A stretch of DNA of 56,390 nt, taken from assembly GCA_000826855.1 (NCBI GenBank), contig JTLS01000058.1:1-56390 (forward strand), written 5' to 3'. The notes beneath the pieces were generated by a model that did not search any database, was not told the origin of the DNA, and was given only the letters and a program-made list of their open reading frames with translations. Shown here piece by piece: positions 1 through 12,351 of the stretch; position 1 is the first letter of the stretch; each line of letters begins with the position of its first letter. The stretch comes from Basidioascus undulatus. Taxonomy: Eukaryota. Both the position numbers and the translations under genes were made by a program.

Positions 1-574
1 CACCCTCCCCCGCCTCCGCCTCCGCACACGCGCGACGACGCAGCCCCAGCCCCAGCCCCTTCGCCCGCGCCCAACAATCACCCCACGCCACAAAACTCTC
101 GTTCCACCACCTCGATTTCCTCTCCACGCCCCTCCCCCCCACGCTCGCTTGCGATTGTGTCATCGTGCGTCTTCCCTCTCCTACGCTCTGCCTTGCCATC
201 TTCTCCTTCGCGGTACTGATGAGAATCCCACTGCACGACAGTACCGCCCCCGCACCCCCAATCCGCTCTCCTTCCTCCCCCGCCTCCTCCCCTCCCTCCG
301 CGAGCGCCGCGGGTCCCTCATCCTGCTCTCCCCGCCGCCCGCGCTCCTGTCCCACCCGCTGCTCGCCGCACACGCCGTCCCCCTCGCGAGCGGGCTGATC
401 GCGGTGCTCCAATACAGGGACGACCTCCTCTCCCTGGCGGGGGACGGAGAGGAAGAAGGGGGGACGCATGAGAGGAGACGCAGCTGCGAGAGCAGCGGGA
501 GTGCGAAGAGCGTAAGGTTCGAGGAGGAGGTGGAGGTTATTGGGGCCGGGGGGCTGGAGGCGGTCGCTGAGTAG
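1..574 (+). CDS. 3' part of a hypothetical protein, weakly SAM-methyltransferase-like; runs off the window start
   Basis: Frame KLSFHHLDFLSTPLPPTLACDCVI joins YRPRTPNPLSFLPRLLPSLRERRGSLILL... across a phase-0 GTGCGT..CTGAT..CAG intron (165-241). Stop TAG ends at 574. Confidence 0.5.
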   Translation, partial: TLPRLRLRTRATTQPQPQPLRPRPTITPRHKTLVPPPRFPLHAPPPHARLRLCHRASSLSYALPCHLLLRGTDENPTARQYRPRTPNPLSFLPRLLPSLRERRGSLILLSPPPALLSHPLLAAHAVPLASGLIAVLQYRDDLLSLAGDGEEEGGTHERRRSCESSGSAKSVRFEEEVEVIGAGGLEAVAE

Positions 575-1995
575 GGGAGGGGTGGCAAGGGTGGGAGGGA
601 GAGGGAGAGAATAGGGGTGCCCATGATGCTTTATGATCTTTGACGCTATCTATACTATTCACGTTTCCCCCTGCTCTACGTCGGACGCGTCGGCCGCTTC
701 TGTGTTGATGTCGGGGAGGAGCTCAAGGTCCTTCATAGCGCACGAACACCGAACTAACTGCACACGCGGTGATCGTCACACGTGACGGAAGGGCACTTGC
801 GTCGCCTTCCGCCTGCTACGGAGCTCATTCGAGAGAGTGGATGCCTTCTTGGTCACTTCCATCAATTTCAGTCAGTCAACAGAACTAGGCGTCTGTCCCG
901 GCGTCACTGTTCTCGGTTTGTCTAGCCTCAGGTCTCAATTTCGCCGTTGCTGCCAGATACGCAACGCAGTACTTACGCTGAATTCTTCCTTGGACTATCT
1001 ATCGCAGCTCCTTCACGCCCTGTATATAGTTTTTCCATTAAAGCTTTAACCTGAATCTTGGGTCCCACGTAAGGCGATGCTCGAAACCCCTCACCCGTGG
1101 GGGGGCTCAAGGTCGAGGCGGTCCAGAAACGCTTTGATTTGCATCATGCTCCCCGTTCCGTACGGCCAGCACTTGACCTTGCATCTAACTTTCAAGTTTG
1201 CTATCTCTGCGTCAAATTCTTTTCAAGTAAGTTATAACTGCGGAGATGGCCTGCAGGCACCCGTTGACGCTGTGACCGACCTACCGAGCGCACTTTCCGC
1301 AACGGTTGATCCTTGGCGTGCGATTTCGTTAGCTTTTCAGCGAGGATGTAGACAGTGCTGTCTAGGCCTGCTTATGGATATTCCTATTCTTCACTTACAT
1401 AAGGCTTGTTCTATTCGGCGAGCCAATGGATGACTCCTTGCTTAGCGGACAGACCTCCTCACCAGCTGATCCACGCTTGTGAGCGGTCATCGTCTTTTGG
1501 TACAGTCGGCCTGAAGCTCGAAAGAACTAGAGATAAAAGTTTCTCGGAGTTGAAGAAACACCAGATGAAGACAGGAGCCTGTTTGGGGATGGCAAACCAT
1601 GTGCATTGCTCCTCTCCCCATCCTGCCAGGAAGGAAACAGCAGGCTATTCAATAGATGGGCAATGCGGCAGAGAAACACATCTGCAAGTAGCAGACGGCT
1701 TGTGCTGTTGACAACCTTTGCAGTGTCGAGGAGAAGGAAAACAAGGATGTGGAGGCGATTGCCGTGCCGTCTCGGCTGGCTGGTCGTGCCGTCGCCAGCC
1801 GATTTGTTCGGCTCATGGTCCTGCACTGACTGCACCTGGCCCTGCCTCCTCCGGGCCTCCGGGCAAGAAGTTCGCATGACTCGGCTTGCTCATCATCCTC
1901 ATCGACCTCCTCCTTCTCAAACCAAAAGTCTCTGGCCGGGAAGACCAGATGTACCTCTTCCTTCTTGAACAAGTACCATAATCGCTTCGGACACA

Positions 1996-4900
1996 ATGTC
2001 CACGTCTTCCTCCACCACCCTCTCAGGCTCACCCGCACCCGAGGCTGCTGCTGCTGCTGCCGCGCATCCTGACCTTGCCTTCAAGACCTCCGAAACCGTC
2101 TGCGACGAGCCCATCGACCCGCGTTTCTCCCCTCTTCCTCCTGCACTGCCGACCAATCCCCCCCCCATCTACGTCGAGTTCGCCCCCGGCGACCCTTCAA
2201 ATCCGTTCAACTTTCCGCGCCGCAAGAAATGGGCGATCTCGCTCGTGTGCAGCGGATTCTCGTGCGTTCGCTCGGCTTGGCTTTCATCCTTGCTCGGGAC
2301 TGTCCTGCTGATGAGTAAGGGGAGGTGAAGATTCTTGACCGCCATTGCGTCTTCTTCGTATGCGATGGGGATGCAGGAGATGGTAGAAGAGCTGGGGACG
2401 AGCAGTATCCTCGGGGAGTTGGGGCTTGGGCTGTATCCTATAGGGTGCGTCACTGTGGATACTTTGTTTTCCAAGGTCTTGTTCTCATTTCGTCGGGTGT
2501 GCACTGGGGGTGCGAAGATTCGGGGTCGCTCCGCTCGTTCTCGCTCCGTTTAGCGAAGAAGTGTACGTCATCCCAATTTGAGATGAGAAGGTGCCGTGTG
2601 GTCCGGACGCTGACGCTTTCTTTCGATACTAACCCTCAGAGGACGCAATGCGATGTGTGCGTCTTCTGACGGTTCCCTTCAGTTCGGAGGCGTCTGACTT
2701 CCCATCCTGCCAACGCCTTTCGCCAACGCAGACCTCGTTACATATTTCATTTGTACGCAGACCACTCTTTGATTCATCTTTCTCCCTTGCTGACTCGTCT
2801 TCGGCGTCTTCGGCAGTCTTCCGTGCATCCTGGCATTTTCCAGCCGCTTTTGCGTTCTATGACGGTCGACTGATTCCAGCTCTTCTCCTTCTCGCCCTCA
2901 CAGTCATGTTTATGGCCCTCGCTTTGGCACCAAACATTGCGAGCGTGCTGGTGTTTCGCCTTCTTCTGGGCATTGCAGCGAGCACGGGCAGCACCATGGT
3001 CGGCGGGACGCTGGCGGACATGTGGGAGACTCATGAGTGCGTTACCACCCCATGCTGCAGTCTTGTTGTGGTCTGGTTCCTGGCGTTGCGCTGATCATGC
3101 TTCACGCTAAATTGCAGGCGTGGGCTGTAAATGCACTTTCCACTTCTCACTGATTCTAGCAAAGACTGACTCCGGGACGACGAATGGTGCAGGCCGATGT
3201 CGATTTTCGCATGCTCTGCAATTCTCGTACGCCCTTCCCACAAAACGACCCATCTTGCATGTTCTCACCGGCCCATTCACATGTTCGGCGTAGGGTGCCG
3301 GTCTCGCCCCGGCATGCTTTTCCTGGGTAGCAGACTCGCACTTGGGCTGGCGATGGATCCAAGTCCGTCTCTTTACCCTCTATGCCCCCAAGCCATATTC
3401 TCACGCACCCTTCAAAGTGGATTCAATTCATTGTCACCGGCGCATTCGGAATTGTGCTTGTACTCACTCTGCGCGAGACGCGCGGTGCGTCTTCCACTCT
3501 GGTTTGGCAGTCTGTCTGCGCTCCGGACTAACGCTGAGGGTTGTGGACACCCAAGGATCTGTCCTCCTCACCTGGAAAGCCCGAAAGCTGAGGAAAGAGA
3601 CGGGCGACATGCGCTACCGCGCCAGGGCGGAGGACGAGCGCGCGAGCTTGAGGGAGCTCATCAAGATCTCGGCTACGAGGCCGTTGTGTGCGTCTTCGAG
3701 TCCTTCGATAACCAACCATTCCCCTCATGAAACTGAGACTGGATGGAGGATTTATCGCCCACAGTCCTGCTTGTGACAGAGTAAGTGAAAATGCCGCGGT
3801 GACTTGTTTGGAGGACAGCAGCTGACGGCGTTGTGTGAATAGGCCTGTGGTGCTTTCGTTTTCTGTTCGTCGTTCTTGCTTCATCTGGTTGTATAACATT
3901 TGAGGCTAACACTCATTCCCACAGTTATGGATAGGATTCGGATGGGCGTGAGTCGCATTCGCTCGGGTTTGCGGAAACTTTGTTGACGTCCCTGCTTTTC
4001 CCGTTTTTAGCTTCTTTTACGCTCTGTAAGCAGTCATGAGCCATCAGAAAGGAGACCGTTGCTTAGTTTCGCCTTGTTGGGTTACAGTATCACAAGGTCC
4101 GTCCTGTCCGAATGCGTCCTGAGGATGCGATCATGCTTACCCGTTCCCGGCGATCAGCATCTCCCATATTTTCCGCACGCTGTACGGCATGTCTCTCGGC
4201 GAAGTCGGTCTTGTATATCTTACCGTCGTGTGCGTATCCCTTGTACTGCTGCGTGTCCGCTGCTTGTAGACGGCCGCATTGACCGTCGTTTCGCCCTTCA
4301 CAGCGTCGCTGCGATTCTCGGATTCTTCTCGAACTTCATCCAGGAACGTTTCTACCAGTGCGCTCACTGAAGTTGTTTGCAGCAGACTGACAAGGGCTGA
4401 TCACGCAACCCTCGAGCAGGAAGGGCGTGAGGAAACGTGGAGCTGAGGCACGACTGTACGGCGCGATGATCGGGGGAGTCTTGTTTCCGGTTGGTGCGCT
4501 GTCTGGTTTTCGCGTGCACTCAGAGAGTTATAGTCTTACTCAGGGTTACTTGAAGGCGCGTTCATCTACGCCTGGACCTGCTACTCCCATGTGTATGTCG
4601 ATGTCGCGCTTCACCTCTGCGCCAGGTTGGGCATCTTCACTCAAGCAGATTTGGCGAGACAGTCACTGGATCGCTCCATGCATCGGAATCACGATAGTCA
4701 TGTTTGGTGTCTACATCGTAAGCATTTCAAGCTCCTAATTTCGGAACACAGACGGCGCAAAGGGCAATTGCTGGAACTCACTTGGGCAGATGTACCTCGC
4801 CGTGTTCAACTACCTCTCCGACTCCTGTACGTCGACACTATTTGTCTGATGAGCCAGGAGTGCAACTGAACAGTCGTGGACGTGATGGGACAGACCTCAT

Positions 4901-5459
4901 ATATGCGTCTTCGGCTCTGGCGGCGCAGTCGCTGTGTCGCAATGTTTTCGGAGGGGTGTGCGTATGCAAAATTTACCCAGTACTCTTCTTTCCCGAGTGT
5001 TATGTCTGCTGACGGGCTAAATTGAACTCTCAGGTTTCCCTTATTCACGCTGTGCGTCGTGCGGCCGAACCTCTATCGGATGAACGTTACTGACACGTAG
5101 ACCCGACAGCCAAATGTATGATCGCCTAGGCTGTAGGTCTCACCTGCTCGCTTCAGTTAAGTTGTCCGCTTTTCTCACATGCCCTGTCTCGTAGTCAATT
5201 GGGCATCAACGCTTGTCGGCTGTAACCTATCCCATTCCATTCCACCTTCCTGCAGGAACCCCCGCTCATCTGTGCCCTCACCCTCGCTCCATCAGTCCTG
5301 GCGGCCGCGCTCGGCGTTGTTCCGTTCATCCTCTTCTTTTTCGGTCCGACCATCCGCGCGAAGTCTCACTTTGCCAAGAAGCTTGCGAGGCTCGAGGAAG
5401 AGCGGAGGCTGAGGGAGAAGGCAGACGAGAAGGTGGAGAAGGAAGGGGATGGTGTATGA
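1996..5459 (+). CDS. MFS drug:H+ antiporter (DHA1 family, TPO/FLR-like), about 28 exons
   Basis: Spliced translation gives GDPSNPFNFPRRKKW, APFSEEVGRN, FRLLLGIAASTGSTMVGGTLADMWETHERG, GWRWIQW, EARL, YASSALAAQSLCRN, FPLF, PFILFFFGPTIRAKS. All joins are GT-AG and keep frame to TGA at 5457-5459. Confidence 0.92.
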
Positions 5460-5874
5460 GTGGGTTGTTGGACTGCAGAACGGATAATCTAGAGCATAGA
5501 GCACATTTTGAAATAGAGTACGCTGTGCGGACTGCCGGATGTGGTGGGTGTCTCTCGTGGAGGAAATGTAGAAAATTTGACTGTCGAAGTGTTGGTCGGG
5601 TGCCAAGACTGCGCCCCTACTTTCCCCCATGCGGGAACACTGATCTGATTTCTCTCTGACTGTGTCCCACGGAGAAGAATGTCCTGATCTTTCGACGACG
5701 ACGTTTCGGCCTTCTACGGTGATCGATCCGGCGGAACGATCTGGCGTCATTCTCCGATGCGATTGAGGGCGGACCCGATTATTCTGCTTGCTTCCCGTCC
5801 ATCATAAACGGCATTTTGGCTCTCTCCTCTTGTCCTCTGAACGGTCGCTTCATTCGGATCATCGACTACTGACC

Positions 5875-7614
5875 ATGTCGATCGCTCACAAAGCCGAAGT
5901 CCTCATCCTCGGGGCGGGGATCTCCGGACTCGCCGCTGCGCAGAGCCTCACAAGGCGCGGCGTCCGCGTCCTGTTGCTCGAGGCCAGAGATCGCATCGGC
6001 GGGAGGATACACGACCCGGAAGAGGGTATTACTTTGGGCGCCAGGTATGGACCATTATTCTGATGTCCAAACGCACTCAAGTGACATATTCGATTCCAGC
6101 TTCGTGCACGGCGTCGTCGGCAACCCCATGAAACGGCTTTGCGATAGACTCGGTTTGGTGCGTCGGGTTCTCAGATACGTTCACCTTGAAACTGGATGAA
6201 CACGCAGCTCTTTAGCCGCTGTACTCTCAGTTGGACGGTGGGGTCGTCGGTTTTCCCGATGGCTCACGCTTGTTTCAGGAAGACGAGGAGCAGGTGGAAC
6301 AGGCTGTGAGTTGCCGCATTACCTCCACTGTTCGGAAGTAGTACTGATGTACAGTACTCTTATACGTAAGGTCTTCCGCACCCTCTTCGAGGACGCACCG
6401 TTACGGGCCGACCGCTCAGTCTCCGCCCCCCTCTCAACCGCCTTCGAGCATCCCGATTGCCCTCTCAATCGCGACGTCAAGTCCTCGAACCGACCCATCG
6501 GGCATGCCATCGCGAATGCGTTTGTTCGCGGGTGGACGGGCGGGGAGCCCGTACAGGTCGGATTGCGGTGGTGGGGCTGGGAAGATGGTTATGCGGAAGG
6601 TGGCGACGCGGTGGTCGTCCGGGGTTATGCGGAGGTCGTGCAATGGATGAAGGGGCAAATCGAAAGGGCCGGCGGGGAGTTTAGGCTGGGTGAGAGGGTT
6701 GAGAAGGTCGAGCTCGTCGCGGCGGAAGGGTCCGAAGGTGTTTCGACATTTACTCCAGCGGCTTCCGCACATGGCTAACCATAGCGATGTTTCCGTAGCG
6801 CACGTCAGCGTCTCGACTTCCTCGAATACGTACACGGCACCCCACGCTCTTGTTACGCTTCCACTAGGCGTTCTACAACACGTCACCCTCCCACGCGAGT
6901 TCACCGATTCTCCCGCCTTCTTCTCTCCGCCTCTCCCTCCGCGACGCATAGCCTCGTTGGCCGCCCTCAGCCATGGCCTGCTCAATAAGGTCGTCCTGCG
7001 GTACCCGCGAGCTTGGTGGAACCCGACCTCGGCGATGTGGATTCACCTAGTCGAGGGCAAGACGGCCTACAATGTCCTTTCCCTGTTGCCCATCAAGAAC
7101 GACCCGACGCTCATCTTCTTCCTCGGCGCGTCAACGGGAGAGTACGTTGGGGTTTCCGCTTTACTGCAAAGGCATCGGAACGCTCATCTTTGTACTATAG
7201 GATCATCGAGAGCATGAGCGACGTCGAGGCTGCGCAATGGGCGCATCGCATCGTGCGAGACTCCCTCGGGGCGGAGGGCTCGGTCGAGCCGGAGAAGGTT
7301 TGGGTAACCCGTTGGAAGTCCGACGAGTTCTCGAGGGGAAGCTACGTCTACCTGCCTGTGGGGGATGCCGAATCGGAAGGCGGTAGCCCGCTCGACCTCC
7401 GCGAGATTGGGCAGCCGCTGTGGGACGGAAGACTGGGCTTCGCAGGTGCGTATACGGCTTTGCTTTCCTCGCACTTTTTGTCTGAGTTGCGTGAGATCTG
7501 GTGCGGGTAGGCGAGGCCACGAGCGTTGACAATTACGCGTCTGTGCATGGAGCATACCTTAGCGGCCTCCGCGAGGCCGAGCGCATTTTGACACTCCGGG
7601 AGTGCTTCTATTGA
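5875..7614 (+). CDS. FAD-dependent amine oxidase (polyamine oxidase / FMS1-like)
   Basis: N-terminal [12 protein letters not shown]...[12 protein letters not shown] dinucleotide-binding motif, [31 protein letters not shown]-terminal LGFAGEAT...[17 protein letters not shown]. Six GT-AG introns with frame preserved. Confidence 0.92.
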
Positions 7615-8389
7615 TCGGGCGCATCATGCATGTCTTCTCCACTCTCCTTCTGTGAACACATACATTATTCGCACGCTTTATCCTGTGCCGTCGCATGCAT
7701 CGTCGATGTCGATGTCAACAAGGTTCTGCAGCTTGTATTGGGCGCTCTGTTCCCCTAAGGGACAGGTGCACAATAATCTCATAACTTGACGCATTTCCCT
7801 AAATTCAGCGCGAGCTTGTTCAAGCTACGAGGACGTCCGCCGTACCGTGTAACATAAGGAAAGATGCACGAGACCAGTGTGCCTGTCTTCTTGGAATGTT
7901 CGTTTGTGGATTGCAGCTGGCCGCACTCCGCTAATAATGGACAGTCTGAAGCTGATGTCCCTTGGGATAATTCCGCTTCTGCGTCTAGCTGCAAGCTTCT
8001 TCGCCGTGACTTGAACATCCAAGCGTGCTTTTTGCCCCTTGACATGTAGTCGTGTGAGTTTCTGTGTTGGATGGCGCCGCCATTCTTCTCTTGAAGCTCA
8101 AAAGATCTTTGGTAGGCCACAAGCGCGCTCCTCCAAGAAGCCTCAGTTCACGTACACAACTGCGTTCTAGCAGCCAGACAACTTTTGGCAACACGGTCTA
8201 GAACACCTCAAGCCCACTTTGCATATATCACCAGATAATTCTGAGGTAAATCAATCTTAGTAGCATAGAGCTCCCCATTTGGGAAGACGTCAAGGTGGTA
8301 CTCCACACGACAGCGCTGCGGCGTTGACGGACGGCTTGTCGTGAGCAGCTGCAGAGTTTCAAGACTACACATCCACCTTGTACACTGAC

Positions 8390-8900
8390 TGTAAGAATGC
8401 AAGGGCAAAGCGTTCAACGGGTGGGAGCAACACTCGTCTTTGACTAATGGCAGCAACGCCATTGCTTAGTATGCTTCAATCGTGTTCTTTGTTCGGGTCA
8501 ACAGCTCGGTCTGCTTTCCAAGTGACTGTGGAAATCTGAATGATCAGGGGTGCTCGGCAATGGCGCCATGGGGACCCGCCTCGAGCAGCTTGTCGGGTCC
8601 TATGACCACCAGACGGCCGGAGACGAGCCTATTGAGGGGCTGTGGACACTTCTTACTCGCATTGGTCTAGTTCTGGAGGCGCGGAGGGGAAGGGGGATGT
8701 GGACGCGTACTTCGCAAAGGTGAAGGCGATCTCGGATGTTCCGTCCGTGAGCCCGCCGGCACGGGCGATGGTGTTGGTACGTGTTCGATTTCTAACTGTT
8801 ATATGCAGAACGTAGATATTTCCCCATTGACACAAGGTCGTTAGGACCTTATCGAGCTTCGACAGAACAACTGGCAGCTATCTCATGAGGGACTTCGCTC
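8390..8900 (+). pseudogene. Decayed MIF4G (eIF4G middle domain-like) gene fragment
   Basis: VLGNGAMGTRLEQLVGSY...DEPIEGLWTLLTRIGLVLEARRGR, then a frameshift in the G-run 8692-8696, then DVDAYFAKVKAISDVPSVSPPARAMVL, intron 8777-8844, then DLIELRQNNW. This parallels the last helices of fungal eIF4G MIF4G. An upstream segment contains a TAG. Confidence 0.6.
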
Positions 8901-9697
8901 CCCCCCCCCACCTGGGTATGCACTGTATTTGAACGCCGCGTCCGACTCAATTACACTTTCTAAACCTATTACCCATTCATAGGCCTTGTATAGTTGTCTG
9001 AATTCACAATAATAATCCCAGAAACGCATGGATCTGTTGAGGAGTCGCAAGCGGCCTGCTGCAAAACGACCACCTGGGCTTCAGGCGTTCAATGCACATT
9101 CGTCGTGTCTTCACTTAACGAGTAGATACGCAGAACGTTCTAATGGTATATTACCTCTACAATCTCAAAGCTCGATAAAGAAGCTGTGGATTGAAAGCGC
9201 AAAAAGCGGTGTTGAGAGACTCGGATTTCACCAGACTGCGGCGGTTGAGAGGTGCCGACAGCTTGCAGCCCCAATCCGTTGTCTGAACTGTTTCCGTACA
9301 CCGCATGAAGTAAGAAAGGCCTACCCTGCTCACATCAAAGAATGCGTTTCAAAAAGACGAGGCAAGTTGCTAGAAGCAGCGAGGAGCGCAGGCCTGTGTC
9401 AGCGGACTGGGGCCGCCGTTCCGTTGCTCGGTCCTCCGCATTCCTCCCGACCGTGTCCGCTCGTTGCCTGTTGGCTAGTCACCGCCACGACAATACTCGA
9501 CCTTTACCATCAGAGCGACCATCCGGCCGATATTGGCGGACTTTCCTGTGCGCATCCATTTACTATTTTACAGTCTGCTGGCAATCGGACCGCACAAGGC
9601 TGATATATGTGGCCCATTTTTTGTAGAGCCCCCGCTCCATCCCGCTTGACCCTCTTCCATCTCGACCGTCCATCGATCGGGATCACCTCATTCTCGC

Positions 9698-11517
9698 ATG
9701 GCACGCATTGCCACTCCGCCGCTTGGCGGACTGCGATCGGCGCCGATTTCTGCGCCTGGGTTCAACGACGACCTGGACGACGACGAGCCGTGGCTGACGG
9801 GCCCTCGCCCGATCAAGGCGCTGCCCAAGCGCCCTTCGCTCTCTGCCGGGCAGCACCAGACGCCTCCGCGAACCAAAGATCCGCCTCCCCTCCCGCGAGG
9901 AGGCGAAGCGGACACTGCGGCGGTGGTGCCTTCCAAGACGCCTTCGCTCGACTCGGGCCCGTCCGAGGACCAGCCCTCCCCGCCGTCCACGCCTATTTTC
10001 CGCTACACCCCGATCGACTTTAGCGCCTTCGAAGACGACGGCGGCGCAGGCGATTACGATCCTGATCTGGATGGATTCGGCTTCGCAGGGTACGTCGATC
10101 ATCATGCCGATGGAGGAGCGGGGAGCAAGAAGCGCAAGGTCCCTGCACCCGGTCAGCTCTCGCCCCTGCCCACTTCCCCGCCGTTCGCAGCGAGCCCGAT
10201 CCGCTCGCGCTCGCCCCGTATACCTGCGAGGGCTTCCCCGTCCGGCAAGCCCGAGAAACACCGCACCTCGCCCGCGGCGCTGGCGGTGCTGCGCAACAAG
10301 GACGCCATCAAGCGCAAGAAGCAGTCGGTGAGTCTTTCATCTTTGCGGTTCCTTGGGCGGAAGATGTTGAGGAGAGATCTGGATGGGTTTCAACAGATGG
10401 CGGCGGTCATGGGTGCGCTCTCGCTCGGCGACTCGCTCGCGCTCGAGTCGGCTCTCCTCGAAGCCGTACCAAGCGCGGCATCCGTCAAGGCCACTCCTGC
10501 CAAAACCCCTCCCTCGCCGACCTCTGCGTCCTCATCTCCTTCGAACTTCCCCGCAAGCGAGTTCGAGTTCGCCTGTCACAGCACCAGTACGTTCCTCTGC
10601 GGCACCTCGCATGCCTTCCTGCCGAATGCTTACTTGTTCTTCTCTCCAAGTCTCCGACCGTCTCGCCTCGATGCGCGAGGAGGTGGCCGTCCTCTCCGAG
10701 CGACTGGAGGCGGAGCTTGCGCGGGAGCGCAGCGCCAAGCCGCCCTCGTCTGCCAACGGTGACGTGGGCGCATCGTCGGCGGGCAATGGAGGCGGGGGGA
10801 AGATGCTCGTTGCGAAAGCGACGATGACGGTCGCGACGCAGACGACCGACCCTCCCCCGTCCGAATTCGAGACTGTCGGCGTCAAGATCATGACGCCCCG
10901 CCCGCTCGGCGAAGCCGAAGGTGCTTTCTTCACGCTTCCCCTAGCCATTTTCTAATCCATGCTGAGCCGCTGCCGCACTCTGCGCAGCTCCCGCCGCCGA
11001 TGCGCCTCGCCCATCGTCCAAGAAGAAGTCCTCGAAGAAGAACCGAGCGAACTCGTCCAACCCGCACCACGTCCGGAACTACGTCCCCGGGCGGACGAAG
11101 CCGTCGGCGACGCAGCAGACCGCGCCAGACGAGTCGACGCTCCTCTTCCCCGCTCCCCTGCGCTTCCTCTCCGCCGACAAGCCCGCGCCGCCCAACGCCG
11201 ACCCTGCGACGGCCATCTCGCCCGCCGACGAGTTCCTCTGCCCCTTCTGCGAGTACGCCATCTTCTTCGGCTCGACCGAGGCGATGCAGCGCGCAGTGCG
11301 TAAGCGCAAGAAGGTCCTCGCTACGCGCCGGAGGGCGCGCGAGCGTGCCGCCGCGGCGGCGAACGGGGTCGCGAGGGACAAGGGCGTGGACGGCGTGGAC
11401 GGCGATGGGCACGGCGAGGGGAAGAAGGGAAAGAAGGGAAAGAAGAAGGGCGCGGTGATCGTGCCGGTCATTGACGTTGGGACCAACACCGACTTTGCCG
11501 AGTTCATGCCGCCCTGA
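9698..11517 (+). CDS. Fungal hypothetical protein (low-complexity, basic clusters, CxxC motif)
   Basis: Long ORF from ATG 9698 with three GT-AG introns (about 10329-10396, 10587-10650, 10921-10987). Contains FPASEFEFACHS, RANSSNPHHVRNYVP and DEFLCPFCEYAIFFGS...RKRKKVLATRRRARER. Strong GC3 codon bias. Confidence 0.75.
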
Positions 11518-12351
11518 GCGGGGAGGGGGGAGCCGCTGCGGACGTTCATCCACGACGGTCCGTCTACTGCTCGATGAGTAAGCACCGTCATCGCTCCCCC
11601 TCCTTCCCATTCCTTCTCTCACTCCGTTTCTTTCCTTGCTTTCTCGTCCCGTCTCTCACTTTTCTCGCTTCTCTCCCTCCTACCTTGCTCGATCTTCTTC
11701 TCCTTAGTTTCTTCCATTCTCGCTGTTCCCTTTTCTCCACGCATTCTGCATTTCACGTTACCCTTTCACATCATCCACTTTCTTCAACTCATCATTTCAC
11801 TCTCGCATGCCCATCTCTCTCCCTAGCATAGCGCATCGGTGCCCGTCGTATACCTCTTGGCTGGACATCATGCTCGTCTTTCGTTTCCTCTAAACACGTT
11901 GCCCAGCTTGATCACGTCTCCTACACACGCACATACACACCCTGCAAGCTAGCTCGCACTGTTCCGTTCGCAGCAGTCACAGTAGTCGCACGCATTCATC
12001 TCTCACTCTCGCTGTGCTTGGCCTGTCCTAAGTCGGAGTTTCACTATGCATTTGTACAGTACTATCATCTTTGAAAGTGTCGCGCAAGCCGCGTCTCGCA
12101 AGACCGTCGTGACAGACAGTCAGACAGGCAGTCGACGTTAGCCTTGGCCCGACGGCTGCCAGTCACACTGCACAGCACACCCACTACCGCCAAAGAGTTG
12201 CTCAATTCAGACTCATTGACCATGCATATGAAACTACCTCGACGCGTCCAGATTTCTGTACCTCTCCATTTCACGAAGTTTGCCTCCCAAAGTCTACCTG
12301 CCTCGACGGTGTGCAATTTGCACCCAACGGGTGCTCCTCGGATGCATTTGT

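Noticed and set aside
11380..11450. Short repeats GGCGTGGAC x2 and AAGAAGGG(A) x3
   Set aside because: They encode low-complexity peptide (GVDGVD, KKGKKGKKKG) inside a CDS.
11580..11960. Long pyrimidine-rich tract and 85-aa Phe/Leu/Ser ORF
   Set aside because: Consistent with a CT-rich 3' UTR; the ORF is a compositional artefact.
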